A DNA stretch of 64,000 bases from a virus (taxonomy: Duplodnaviria > Caudoviricetes): IMG/VR virus record IMGVR_UViG_2799112909_000002, positions 1 through 64,000 of that record. The stretch is one strand, 5' to 3'. Below, piece by piece: positions 1 to 8,904 of the stretch. The position numbers were made by a program, and so were the translations under genes. Positions within the stretch are counted from its first letter, which is position 1. Each line of letters begins with the position of its first letter. The notes under the pieces are model-generated. The model did no database searches. It was not told the origin of the DNA and saw only the letters and a list, made by a program, of their open reading frames with translations.

Positions 1-56
1 TTAACTTTCTATATATATTATAACAAAAATTTTTAAAATTTTAAAATAGGAGTTTT

Positions 57-323
57 TTACTCAGCAAAATCTTCTATGTAAAAACTGTACTGTTCAATCT
101 CACCTTGCTCATCTATCCAAGCAAACGTAACCAAATCAACTTCCACTATGCCATAAAAATTTGCGTTACATATTTGATAGGTGTGTTTTACACCCCAGTT
201 CCACAGTGCAGTAGAGAATATATCTACAATAAAATTGTGGTACTTGTCAAACACTCTGACAGTTCCATTCTTATTTAAATATTGCTTTGTTAATTCAATA
301 AAACGACTCTTAATTGACATCAA
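57..323 (-). CDS. hypothetical phage protein (paralog of 451..750 and 1108..1389)
   Basis: ORF with GGAGG RBS; C-terminal VTFAWIDEQGEIEQYSF motif shared with neighbours. Confidence 0.7.
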   Translation of the reverse strand: MMSIKSRFIELTKQYLNKNGTVRVFDKYHNFIVDIFSTALWNWGVKHTYQICNANFYGIVEVDLVTFAWIDEQGEIEQYSFYIEDFAE

Positions 324-450
324 CTTTCCTCCTTAATCTCTAAATACTTTTACGAACACTCTGTTAACACATTCAATATATTATCTTTAACTTTCTATAT
401 ATATTATAACAAAAATTTTAATAAAAATAAAATTTAGTTTTTTGCCGCCT

Positions 451-750
451 TTAATCCTTTACTATCCAAGAATAAATCTCCATCTGGCGGCGGTCATCTA
501 AATAAGCAAGAGTAACCATATAAAATGGATCATCATCGTGTTCTCTTTTTGTAGAAACTCCCCAAACTGTTTCACAATAAATATCTGCTCTATCAAGCAA
601 ATCCCTAAGTGTCTCTTCAAAGACCTTATCTGACTTTCTGCCATCTTGGCGGAAAGCCTTCATTTCTTCATCATAAGGATTCCAGTAAAGCTCCTCTATT
701 ATTCTAATAATGTCATCAATTGTGCAATCAATAGAATCTCTAATCAACAT
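451..750 (-). CDS. hypothetical phage protein (paralog family)
   Basis: ORF with own upstream promoter repeat; VTLAYLDDRRQMEIYSW motif. Confidence 0.7.
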   Translation of the reverse strand: MLIRDSIDCTIDDIIRIIEELYWNPYDEEMKAFRQDGRKSDKVFEETLRDLLDRADIYCETVWGVSTKREHDDDPFYMVTLAYLDDRRQMEIYSWIVKD

Positions 751-859
751 ATTTATTTTCCCCTTTCTTAACTTTCTATATATATTATAACAAAATTTTT
801 TAAAAAAATAAAAGGAGCAATTTTAATTTAGTAAAGTAAATCTTATTGCTCCCTTAAAA

Positions 860-1159
860 TTAATCTTCTATATCACAAAATAACGCACCCGCATAAGCAA
901 GAGCCTTACCAAATAAGAAAAGGGCGGCAGCAGTGTCTTCTGGCTGCCTAAGAGCTATTTCCCGCCAGAGCTGATAACTCTGTTCATCTACTTGCCGCAA
1001 CTGCTCCCCTATTTCATCGAGTATTTTGGCTCTTGTTTTTAATACTTCTTCGTTCTCAATCTTCACTTTTTCACCCACTTTTTGGCTTTTGCTTGCAATA
1101 TTCAACTTTATAATGGCTCTTCTCCCAGCTTGAAAAAATAAATATGTTGTAATTTCCAA
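860..1159 (-). CDS. hypothetical protein (true start probably internal)
   Basis: ORF track; co-oriented with neighbours. Confidence 0.5.
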   Translation of the reverse strand: MEITTYLFFQAGRRAIIKLNIASKSQKVGEKVKIENEEVLKTRAKILDEIGEQLRQVDEQSYQLWREIALRQPEDTAAALFLFGKALAYAGALFCDIED

Positions 1160-1389
1160 TTCTCATCTACCCAAGAAAGTTTACAAAGTGTCTGCCCAAT
1201 ATAATCAGGTTCTTTTTCCTGAGTGATTTCTACCCAATAATCATCTTCTTTCAGCTTCTCTGCAATAGCCTCAAAAGTGATAATGGTTTGCGGAATATGG
1301 GTATCTCCCCATTCATCCAAAATAGCAAAAGCATTGATACTCTCAGAGATAATGTCTGCCGCAGAACGGCTATGGTTACTATAGTTCAT
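1108..1389 (-). CDS. hypothetical phage protein (paralog family)
   Basis: CKLSWVDENWKLQHIYF motif; GGAGGTG RBS. Confidence 0.7.
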   Translation of the reverse strand: MNYSNHSRSAADIISESINAFAILDEWGDTHIPQTIITFEAIAEKLKEDDYWVEITQEKEPDYIGQTLCKLSWVDENWKLQHIYFFKLGEEPL

Positions 1390-1571
1390 TACTTATCACA
1401 CCTCCGCAGTCCAAACACAGGAACATCCAAATCGGGATTAATCAATAGCCAACCATCATGTTCATTATAAACAACCATATATAAATCACCGTTGCGGAGT
1501 TCCGCAATATGAAGAGGTTTAAACAGATGTTCAACGCATTCTCTAGTCATTATTAATCAAGCTCCTTTACA

Positions 1572-1955
1572 TCAATCAACGATTTCTATCTCATATCCAA
1601 GTATTTCTTCAATCTCTTCTTTTGTTATAATCCTAATTCTCTGCCAAATAAGCTCTCTTTCACCGGCTGCCGCACTCAAAGGTATATCATCAACTGTTGC
1701 AGGGTAGCCATAAGCTTCCATAATATCCCAGTTAATTGCTCCACTTTCCACTCTATCAAAGTTAGGAATACAATACTGCCACTTTTTATCAAACATATTT
1801 AGTTCAAGTGGCTCCTCCTCTTCACCGAACCAAAGATATTGGGTATTGTCTGAAAGGCTAATAACATCAGCCCATTTGCCATTTCTACACATTACTCTTG
1901 TTCCACGGAGGAACATTGACGGAATTTCATATCTACATCCACAATTACAACTCAT
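1572..1955 (-). CDS. hypothetical phage protein, paralog of 21233..21607
   Basis: shares YGYP...RELIW.R...T.EEIEE.LG..IEI motif. Confidence 0.7.
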   Translation of the reverse strand: MSCNCGCRYEIPSMFLRGTRVMCRNGKWADVISLSDNTQYLWFGEEEEPLELNMFDKKWQYCIPNFDRVESGAINWDIMEAYGYPATVDDIPLSAAAGERELIWQRIRIITKEEIEEILGYEIEIVD

Positions 1956-2142
1956 CTTATAATCTCCTTTACTGATACAATATCTAATCTTGTGTTTTTA
2001 CCGTTCTTAAATGTAAAATTATTCCTCCAAGAGCCAACAGTATACATTTTTGTATAGTCTTCATTTATTAAATGTGTTGGCTCTTGATTAGGCGGAATTG
2101 GGAAAAATTTTGTTCCATCTTTTGTTGTAAATATAAAGTTCA

Positions 2143-2469
2143 TTATTCTGCCCTCCAAACCTCTCCTCTCTTGGTCACTACTTCTCTTCTTTCAACCCTT
2201 AAATCTGAAAATTCATATTCTGAACAGCTATTTTTAAGTATTTTAAATCTTTTAACGGAATCCGCAATAGCCTCTTCAAGAGTAAAATCTTCTTCATAAT
2301 ACCTAACAGTAGCTTCAGATTCTTCAAAAGCAAAATATTCTTCATCATTAGAGAAAAAGTAAGCATCTTGTTTTTGCGAAAATGCACTCCATTGTGCAGA
2401 AAACACTGGAATATAATAAATGATCTTTGATGTTATTGTTTTCATAATCGTTTCTTTTCCCTTTCTCAT
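2143..2469 (-). CDS. hypothetical protein
   Basis: ORF downstream of a promoter repeat. Confidence 0.6.
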   Translation of the reverse strand: MRKGKETIMKTITSKIIYYIPVFSAQWSAFSQKQDAYFFSNDEEYFAFEESEATVRYYEEDFTLEEAIADSVKRFKILKNSCSEYEFSDLRVERREVVTKRGEVWRAE

Positions 2470-2497
2470 TTTCTATATATATTATATAATAAATTTT

Positions 2498-3130
2498 TTA
2501 TTTTTTCAATGCGGCTACCCGCAACTGAGTATTAGTAATATTAATATAAGTACCTTTTACTCCTTGAGAAACAACATCTGCCACTTTGTACTCTTGCATC
2601 TTCTTCAAGAGTGAAGTCCATACCGGACGAGAAATATTATACTTTTTAATCATTGCGGAAATGCTAATGTTGCCAGAACTGCCAATTTCTGCCACTATGC
2701 TTTTATAAGCTCTTGTTTCGCCATGGCTTAGTTGGTTAAAGAAAAAATCCTCTGAACAACCTGTATCAAATTCAGCACTTAGAGCTGTTTTAAAAAGTAG
2801 AATTAGACCATCATCTATTGTGTCCAAGCATAAAAAATAATTCTCAAAAATATCGTTGTAATTCACTACGCCAAATTGGTTTGTGATAAAATCTTGAGAG
2901 TATTTTTTAAACTCTCTAATATCAACGGTTAGTATTTCTTTTCCAGTTACTAACTGTATTTCGGTATTCATATCCTTGTTTAAAATCAATTCATTAAAAG
3001 ATGGCACTATGAAAACCATATCTACATCTGTTATGTTGCTATCCTTTCTTACATTTTTAAATTCCAATATAGCAACGATATGATCTATGTTATACCCCTT
3101 TTCCGCTAAAATTTTCAATGTTTCATTCAT
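2498..3130 (-). CDS. CodY-type winged-HTH regulator with a degenerate nucleotidyltransferase-like N-terminal domain
   Basis: C-terminal LSHGETRAYKSIVAEIGSSGNISISAMIKKYNISRPVWTSLLKKMQEYKVADVVSQGVKGTYINITN aligns with the CodY HTH (LSYSELEA...[36 protein letters not shown]); N-terminus resembles 21585..22442. Confidence 0.75.
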   Translation of the reverse strand: MNETLKILAEKGYNIDHIVAILEFKNVRKDSNITDVDMVFIVPSFNELILNKDMNTEIQLVTGKEILTVDIREFKKYSQDFITNQFGVVNYNDIFENYFLCLDTIDDGLILLFKTALSAEFDTGCSEDFFFNQLSHGETRAYKSIVAEIGSSGNISISAMIKKYNISRPVWTSLLKKMQEYKVADVVSQGVKGTYINITNTQLRVAALKK

Positions 3131-3176
3131 AACTCTATTCCTTCTTTTCGACTTTTTTCGACATTTTTCTATATTT

Positions 3177-3205
3177 ATTATAATATATTTTTTTTAAGAT
3201 GTCAA
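3177..3205 (-). promoter_or_regulatory. sigma-A-type promoter for the CodY-like gene
   Basis: TTGACA-17 nt-TATAAT on the minus strand. Confidence 0.75.
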
Positions 3206-3250
3206 GGTCATCTATGATTAAAAAAATTAAAGCATTTTTCATTAAAAATA
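3206..3250 (+). promoter_or_regulatory. putative second-class (late-type) promoter of the DGR operon
   Basis: GGTCA then CAT exactly 34 nt later, as at 9160(-), 54288 and 59903. Confidence 0.45.
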
Positions 3251-3277
3251 GGAATTAAAAAAAGGAGATGATAAATA

Positions 3278-5041
3278 ATGCCTATTACTGGGAGTGAAAT
3301 ACGTTTTAATTTTGGGATACAAGAATCTTTTAATAATATAACAAAAGATGGAAACACTATTTATTTTACTACAGATACAAAAAGAATCTATCTTGGTAAT
3401 GATATGTATGGCGGGAGTATAGAAATAGGGAATACTTTACCTGTTTCACATATTGCAGGTCAAATGTTTGTTTTAAATTCTTCTGGACATTATATGCTAT
3501 ATTTTTCAGATGGTACTGTATGGCATTCATTGAGCGAGTTAAATGAACAGCAATTTAACGAATTAAAAACAGAATTGCAGACCACTGCAACAACCTTACA
3601 AACTTCATATCAGACATCTTTAAATGAACTATCAAATAGATATTCGGCAGAATTAGATAGTGCATTAGAAGAAGTCGATGCTGCCATTGAGGCTGCTTCA
3701 ATTGTAACAGCGCCATTATATATTGCTAATAATAAAGATAATAAAACTTATAATTGTAATATTGTCATATCCGCAGAAGGTAAACCTCAATTTTTATATG
3801 AGGAAACAACAGGTAATAATAATGGGGCTACAGATAGCTTTAATTTCATATCTGATGAACAATATAATGAAAAAATGACAGTTAAGAATAATTTATTAAG
3901 AGTCTTAGCAGAAGAGGATCATGGCGTTTTAGTGCCAAAAACATGGGAAGAATTACAGTTTTTGGTAAGGAATGGTCTGCATACTAAGGTATTGCATATT
4001 GGAGATGAGTTTACCTGCCAAAAAGATGGCGTGAATATTACTTGGGTTGTTATTGCTTTTGATGAAGATGTTCCTCCAGATACGCAATTTAAATATTCCA
4101 TTACATTAATGATGAAAGAACAATGGAGTACAACAGTACAGTTTGATGCGAGGGAAGCTTTATTTTATTTTCCTAATGGATTAGAAGTTGATAGTGAAAA
4201 TGGCTCTTATTTTTATTTCACTATTGGTGCACAGCCTTGGTATGGTGCAGATGTAGGCAAGAGTTATATGTTTAAATTAGAACAAAGTATTCCTGCAGAT
4301 GGGCAACTTGTTATTAACAATGTGTTTAATGCAACTTGCTTAAATGCTACTTTAAGTACCTATAGACCAATGAATAACAGCCTTGCTAGGACAGAATGGA
4401 CTACACCAATTGAAACAGTAACGATGTCACTGTGGGATGAAGAAAATGGAAATTTTTTGGGTACGCCTAATAATTCAATCCAAGGGAATATTAATTCTAT
4501 ACAAAGGGCTTTGTTAGGTAGTAGTAATTATAAAAAAAGTGCAATTGCACAATGGCTAAATAGTGCTAAAGAAAGTGGTGCAGTATGGGATCCTCAAACT
4601 AAATTTGATAGACCGCCAAGCTGGTTTTCAAGTTTAAAAGGTTTTATGAATGGGATGGATGCTGACTTTTTAGCTGTTGTACAGCCAACAACAATAAAAA
4701 CAGCTCGAAATACTGTAACAGATGGCGGTGGATATGATATTGCAACAGATATGTTCTATTTGTTATCTAAACCTCAAATTTATGGCGGTGCAACAGTTTC
4801 AGGTATTGATGAAGGTAGTGCTTATGAATATTATCAACATTATTCTGATTTAAATAGTGCAGGAACAGGTGATGATAAAAACAAAATTAAAACTCGTAAT
4901 GAATCTGCACAATGGTATTGGTTGCGGTCGCCTAATGCTGGCGATGGCGTCAACGTCTGGTATGTCACTGCCGCTGGGCAGCTGAACTACAGCTACGCCG
5001 CGAACGCCTATGGGGTCGCCGCCGCTTGCACGATTTATTAA
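3278..5041 (+). CDS. DGR target protein 1; putative tail fibre / receptor-binding protein with C-terminal CLec-like (DUF6273-type) domain
   Basis: N-terminal IYFTTDTKRIYLG fibre-anchor-like motif, coiled coil, WYWLRSP motif followed by VR1 at the extreme C-terminus. Confidence 0.85.
   Translation: MPITGSEIRFNFGIQESFNNITKDGNTIYFTTDTKRIYLGNDMYGGSIEIGNTLPVSHIAGQMFVLNSSGHYMLYFSDGTVWHSLSELNEQQFNELKTELQTTATTLQTSYQTSLNELSNRYSAELDSALEEVDAAIEAASIVTAPLYIANNKDNKTYNCNIVISAEGKPQFLYEETTGNNNGATDSFNFISDEQYNEKMTVKNNLLRVLAEEDHGVLVPKTWEELQFLVRNGLHTKVLHIGDEFTCQKDGVNITWVVIAFDEDVPPDTQFKYSITLMMKEQWSTTVQFDAREALFYFPNGLEVDSENGSYFYFTIGAQPWYGADVGKSYMFKLEQSIPADGQLVINNVFNATCLNATLSTYRPMNNSLARTEWTTPIETVTMSLWDEENGNFLGTPNNSIQGNINSIQRALLGSSNYKKSAIAQWLNSAKESGAVWDPQTKFDRPPSWFSSLKGFMNGMDADFLAVVQPTTIKTARNTVTDGGGYDIATDMFYLLSKPQIYGGATVSGIDEGSAYEYYQHYSDLNSAGTGDDKNKIKTRNESAQWYWLRSPNAGDGVNVWYVTAAGQLNYSYAANAYGVAAACTIY
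4922..5035 (+). repeat. DGR variable repeat VR1
   Basis: 114 nt colinear with TR 6820-6933; 16 mismatches counted, all at TR adenines. Confidence 0.95.
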
Positions 5042-5056
5042 GAGAGGGGTGAAAAA

Positions 5057-6253
5057 ATGAGTATAGATAGATTTAATTTATTATCGCAAGAAAGTTTTAT
5101 TAATCAACAAAATACTGAAAATATTTTATTAGCCTCTATCGTACAAAAGAAAATTGCTAATGAAACTACAGATTTCACGCCTAATTCTTGGGAAAATGTC
5201 AATTCAATGGTAGATTTAGGGCTAGCAAAAACTTCTATTTATATAGGCGATCAATTTGTTAGTACTCGAAATAATGTTGATATAACTTGGGATGTAATTG
5301 GACACAATTGTGAAACATTGTCTGATACTAAATATAGCAATCGAGACAACATGACGCTTTATATGCATGATTTGTTTAGTGGATCCCCTGTCCAATTTAG
5401 TGCTCGGCAAGCTTTTTATGCCACAGATAATGGCTTAACAGCGGGCGTGTATAATATTTTGATTGAGTCTCAGCCTTGGTATACTGGAGACCAAGGCAAA
5501 TATGCACAATTTGAATTGACACAAGATTTACCTGCTGGAGGTCAAATTGTGTTTACGCATGCTCCTAACGCCACCATGTTTGGAAAAACATTGTGCACAT
5601 ATGCTAGCCCAGAAAGTACAACAGCTTTAGAAAATATTGAGATTAGTGAAGGTACAGAAGGTATCAACTTAGGTACTTTAAAGGCGTCTTTACAAAATAA
5701 TATTAATTCAAGTCATAGAGTTTTTTGGGGAAGTGGTAACTATAAGGAAAGTGCGGTTAGACAATGGCTTAATAGTAAAAATACAGCTGGTAATGTTTGG
5801 GAACACCAAACTAAATTTGATAGACCACCTAGCTGGGCAAATACATTAAATGGCTTTATGTATGGAATGGATGAGGATTTTTTAAAAGTAGTTAAAAAAA
5901 CTCATATAAAATGTGCAAGAAACACATTATTTGAAGGTGGAGGGTATGATGAAATGGATGATTATTTCTATTTGTTATCTAAACCTCAAATTTATGGCGG
6001 TGCAACGGTTTTGGGTGTTGATGAAGGAGAAATATATCCATACTTCATAAATTACTCAACCCTTAATGCCGCAGGTATAGGTAATGATAAAAACAGAATT
6101 AAAACTCGTAATGGATCTGCACAATGGTATTGGTTGCGGTCGCCTTATGCTGGCCATGGCTACAGCGTCTGGGGTGTCAGTACCGCTGGGCAGCTGCACA
6201 GCACCAGCCACGCCCCGAGCGCCACTGGGGTCGCCGCCGCTTGCACGATTTAA
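5057..6253 (+). CDS. DGR target protein 2 (paralog of the C-terminal part of target 1)
   Basis: shared motifs (QTKFDRPPSW, FYLLSKPQIYGGATV, WYWLRSP) and C-terminal VR2. Confidence 0.88.
   Translation: MSIDRFNLLSQESFINQQNTENILLASIVQKKIANETTDFTPNSWENVNSMVDLGLAKTSIYIGDQFVSTRNNVDITWDVIGHNCETLSDTKYSNRDNMTLYMHDLFSGSPVQFSARQAFYATDNGLTAGVYNILIESQPWYTGDQGKYAQFELTQDLPAGGQIVFTHAPNATMFGKTLCTYASPESTTALENIEISEGTEGINLGTLKASLQNNINSSHRVFWGSGNYKESAVRQWLNSKNTAGNVWEHQTKFDRPPSWANTLNGFMYGMDEDFLKVVKKTHIKCARNTLFEGGGYDEMDDYFYLLSKPQIYGGATVLGVDEGEIYPYFINYSTLNAAGIGNDKNRIKTRNGSAQWYWLRSPYAGHGYSVWGVSTAGQLHSTSHAPSATGVAAACTI
6134..6250 (+). repeat. DGR variable repeat VR2
   Basis: 117 nt; substitutions only at TR adenines plus one extra codon in the AAC run. 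Confidence 0.95.
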
Positions 6254-6310
6254 TAAAATAATTGATTTAATAAAATAATTAAAAATAAATAGTGTATCCG
6301 AGGAAGAAAT

Positions 6311-6811
6311 ATGTCACAAGTAAAATTAACAAAACGTTCTAAATCGTATGAAGCGCCCATGGTCGCTGCAAAACAATTGGCAATATACACGGTTAAGATT
6401 TGTACGAACGAAAAGAATTTCCCTAAAAGATATAGATGGTGCATAACGCAAGAAATAGTGCAAACAGCTTTAAGAATTAAGCATGAAATTCGTATAGCTT
6501 ACTCTTTTCAGTTAAAAAGATCGTCTATAAACGCAGAACAAAATATTTTACAAGAAAAAAATAAGCATTTTTGGCTTGCAAAACATCATTTCAATCGAGC
6601 CAAATTTTTAATAAATAAAAAGCAAACAGTAGAAAATGTGCGAAAAGAGCACATTCAAATAGCAAGAGCGCACCTTTTTGATTTAATTGATTATATAGAT
6701 ATCGCTTCTGAGTTATTTAATATTGATTCAAAGCGAGTACAATATTGGGTGGGCTTAGTTTCAGAAGTCTTTAAAGCCTTAGAAATTTGGGATAAAGACT
6801 TGACGGGTTAA
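6311..6811 (+). CDS. avd: DGR accessory variability determinant (Avd-like four-helix bundle)
   Basis: FPKRYRWCITQEI motif, basic helical protein, located between target and TR. Confidence 0.8.
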   Translation: MSQVKLTKRSKSYEAPMVAAKQLAIYTVKICTNEKNFPKRYRWCITQEIVQTALRIKHEIRIAYSFQLKRSSINAEQNILQEKNKHFWLAKHHFNRAKFLINKKQTVENVRKEHIQIARAHLFDLIDYIDIASELFNIDSKRVQYWVGLVSEVFKALEIWDKDLTG

Positions 6812-6819
6812 TGGTTGTT

Positions 6820-6933
6820 TTACGGTCGCCTAATGCTGGCAATGGCAACAACGTCTGGAATGTCAATACCACTGGACAGCTGAACAACAACAACGCCACG
6901 AACGCCAATGGGGTCGCCGCCGATTGCACGATA
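6820..6933 (+). ncRNA. DGR template repeat (TR)
   Basis: AAC/AAT-rich copy of both VRs, between avd and RT. Confidence 0.95.
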
Positions 6934-7094
6934 TGAAAAGCTTAAAGTAAACAGTAAAATGTTGAAATCAATAAATTAAAATCGTGCAAGGAATCATTAT
7001 CCCAGCCTCTTTGTGGGTAAAAAAGAGTTTGCCGATGAAATTGTCTTCTTTAAAGATAGTATTTCTATCCACGGTAGCACAAAAGGAGAGATTT

Positions 7095-8255
7095 ATGAAT
7101 AACGAATCATCAAAGACTTTGGAAAATGTTAATGACTCTCCTGTCAAAGCTCAAGTATGTAGCTTTGAGAATCTTTATAAAGCATTACGCCATTGTAGAC
7201 GTGGCGTAATGTGGAAAGATTCTGTTGCTAGGTATTCTCTAGCTGGTCCTTTAAATGTGTATTATTTATCTCAAGATTTAAAAAATAATACGTATCATTT
7301 AGGAGAGTATTTTAAATTTAAAGTATATGAACCTAAAGAAAGAGATATTGTTTCTACTCGCATTAGAGATCGTGTGTTTGAGCATAGTTTTAATGTAAAT
7401 TATTTTTATCCACAAATGACAAAAAGTTTTATATATGATAATGTTGCTTGTCAGAATGGTAAAGGAAACGAAATGGGGCGCAAGAGATTACGCCGGCATA
7501 TGCAGCATTATTATAGAAGATATGACACAAATGGATGGGTTTTAAAAGTCGATATAAAAAGCTTTTTTGCTAGTATTGACCATGATATTGCTATTCAAAC
7601 AATTAACAATAGATTGGATGATTTATGGGCAAGAAAAGTTGGTGAAATGGTGGTAAGAAGTTTTGGAACAAAAGAATTTCCGCATACAGGATTAGGACTT
7701 GGTTCTGAATTAACTCAAATTATTGCTTTAGCCATTTTAGATCCACTAGACCATATAATTAAAGAAAAGTTACATATTAAATATTATATTAGATATATGG
7801 ATGATTTGATTTTAATTCACCATGAAAAGCAATATTTGAAACAATGCTTGAAAAAAATTGTTCTATGGCTAAAAGAGCATAAATTTAATATTAATCAAAA
7901 TAAAACTCAAATCTTTCCTTTGTCTCAAGGTATTACGTTTTTAGGTTTTTGTTTTCGTTTAACAGATACAGGGAAAATTCTTATGACCTTACCTCATCAA
8001 AAAATTTCACATGAACGAAGAAAATTAATGCGACTCGTAAAACGTGTAAAACAGGGGATCATGACGAAGGACCAAGTAGATCATTGCAAAGAAGCATGGT
8101 TTGCGTATGTGGGTAATCATCACGCAAGAGGAACAAAATATTCAAAAGCACATCGAAGTACAAACAACCTTATCCGAAAAATAGATAAATTTTATAATTC
8201 ACTATGGGAGGATATAGGATTATGTTTAAATATAAAAATGTTAGGGAGCAGTTAA
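7095..8255 (+). CDS. DGR reverse transcriptase
   Basis: EPKERDI, RDRVFEH, LKVDIKSFF, GLGLGSELTQ, YIRYMDD and FLGF motifs; AGGAG RBS before ATG 7095; no maturase/En domain. Confidence 0.95.
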   Translation: MNNESSKTLENVNDSPVKAQVCSFENLYKALRHCRRGVMWKDSVARYSLAGPLNVYYLSQDLKNNTYHLGEYFKFKVYEPKERDIVSTRIRDRVFEHSFNVNYFYPQMTKSFIYDNVACQNGKGNEMGRKRLRRHMQHYYRRYDTNGWVLKVDIKSFFASIDHDIAIQTINNRLDDLWARKVGEMVVRSFGTKEFPHTGLGLGSELTQIIALAILDPLDHIIKEKLHIKYYIRYMDDLILIHHEKQYLKQCLKKIVLWLKEHKFNINQNKTQIFPLSQGITFLGFCFRLTDTGKILMTLPHQKISHERRKLMRLVKRVKQGIMTKDQVDHCKEAWFAYVGNHHARGTKYSKAHRSTNNLIRKIDKFYNSLWEDIGLCLNIKMLGSS

Positions 8256-8395
8256 AAGAAGAGCAGAATAAGAATTTAATTCTAAATGATATTCTATTAC
8301 AAATGCAAGCAAATGTGGACTATATTGCAATGCTTGAGGATATCGAATTAGAAGAGGAGGAGCAAAATGATGTCGCCCAAATTCCAGAAAGTTAA
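8204..8395 (+). CDS. small tail-fibre-associated protein (likely start 8222)
   Basis: coiled coil ...QANVDYIAMLEDIEL, typical gene preceding XkdX-like genes. Confidence 0.55.
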   Translation: MGGYRIMFKYKNVREQLKEEQNKNLILNDILLQMQANVDYIAMLEDIELEEEEQNDVAQIPES

Positions 8396-8519
8396 AAAAT
8401 ATTACGATGCAGGCTTATGGACAATAAAAATGGTTTATCAAGCTGTTTTAAAGAGATGGATCACCGCAGAAGAATTTACAATAATTACAAATCAATCTTT
8501 TGAAGATTTTTCTTATTGA
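8367..8519 (+). CDS. XkdX-family small protein (not in ORF track)
   Basis: MMSPKFQKVKKYYDAGLWTIKMVYQAVLKRWITAEEFTIIT: YY..GLW and WIT.EE...IT motifs; GGAGG RBS. Confidence 0.8.
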   Translation: MMSPKFQKVKKYYDAGLWTIKMVYQAVLKRWITAEEFTIITNQSFEDFSY

Positions 8520-8549
8520 AAAAGACGGGCACTTTAATGCCCGTCTTTT
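8520..8549. terminator. bidirectional intrinsic terminator
   Basis: AAAAGACGGGCA-loop-TGCCCGTCTTTT between convergent genes. Confidence 0.85.
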
Positions 8550-8889
8550 ATATTGCTTCCCATATTGTTGTTGCTCTATATCCAGTATCCACAGAACCTA
8601 GCTTCCAAGTTTTAGTTATTGGATCAATACTAGGGGTTAAACCATTAACAAAAGGAACCTCTCCACAATCAATAATTTCTCCATCTGAAAAAGTCATTAT
8701 CAAATGATGGTTATCATCTATACGACTATCTATAAGATTTAAATCAGTTGGAGAAGGAAAATGCATAGTTAATGTTTGCCCATTTGTTGTGCTAATAATT
8801 AAATCTTGCCCTTCAACAGACATATTTGCAACTCCACTTAACGCCCCTGAAGCAATTTTTTTACAAAGAGCATATGTTACAATATCCAT
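8548..8889 (-). CDS. hypothetical, possibly virion-associated protein
   Basis: MDIVTYALCKK N-terminus and TPSID...W..G..DTG motif seen in phage fibre-like proteins. Confidence 0.55.
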   Translation of the reverse strand: MDIVTYALCKKIASGALSGVANMSVEGQDLIISTTNGQTLTMHFPSPTDLNLIDSRIDDNHHLIMTFSDGEIIDCGEVPFVNGLTPSIDPITKTWKLGSVDTGYRATTIWEAI

Positions 8890-8904
8890 ATCACTACCAA
8901 CTCC

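Noticed and set aside
7095-8255. RT as a group II intron or retron
   Set aside because: TR/VR pairs with A-specific mismatches and an avd gene identify a DGR; no maturase domain or msr/msd is seen
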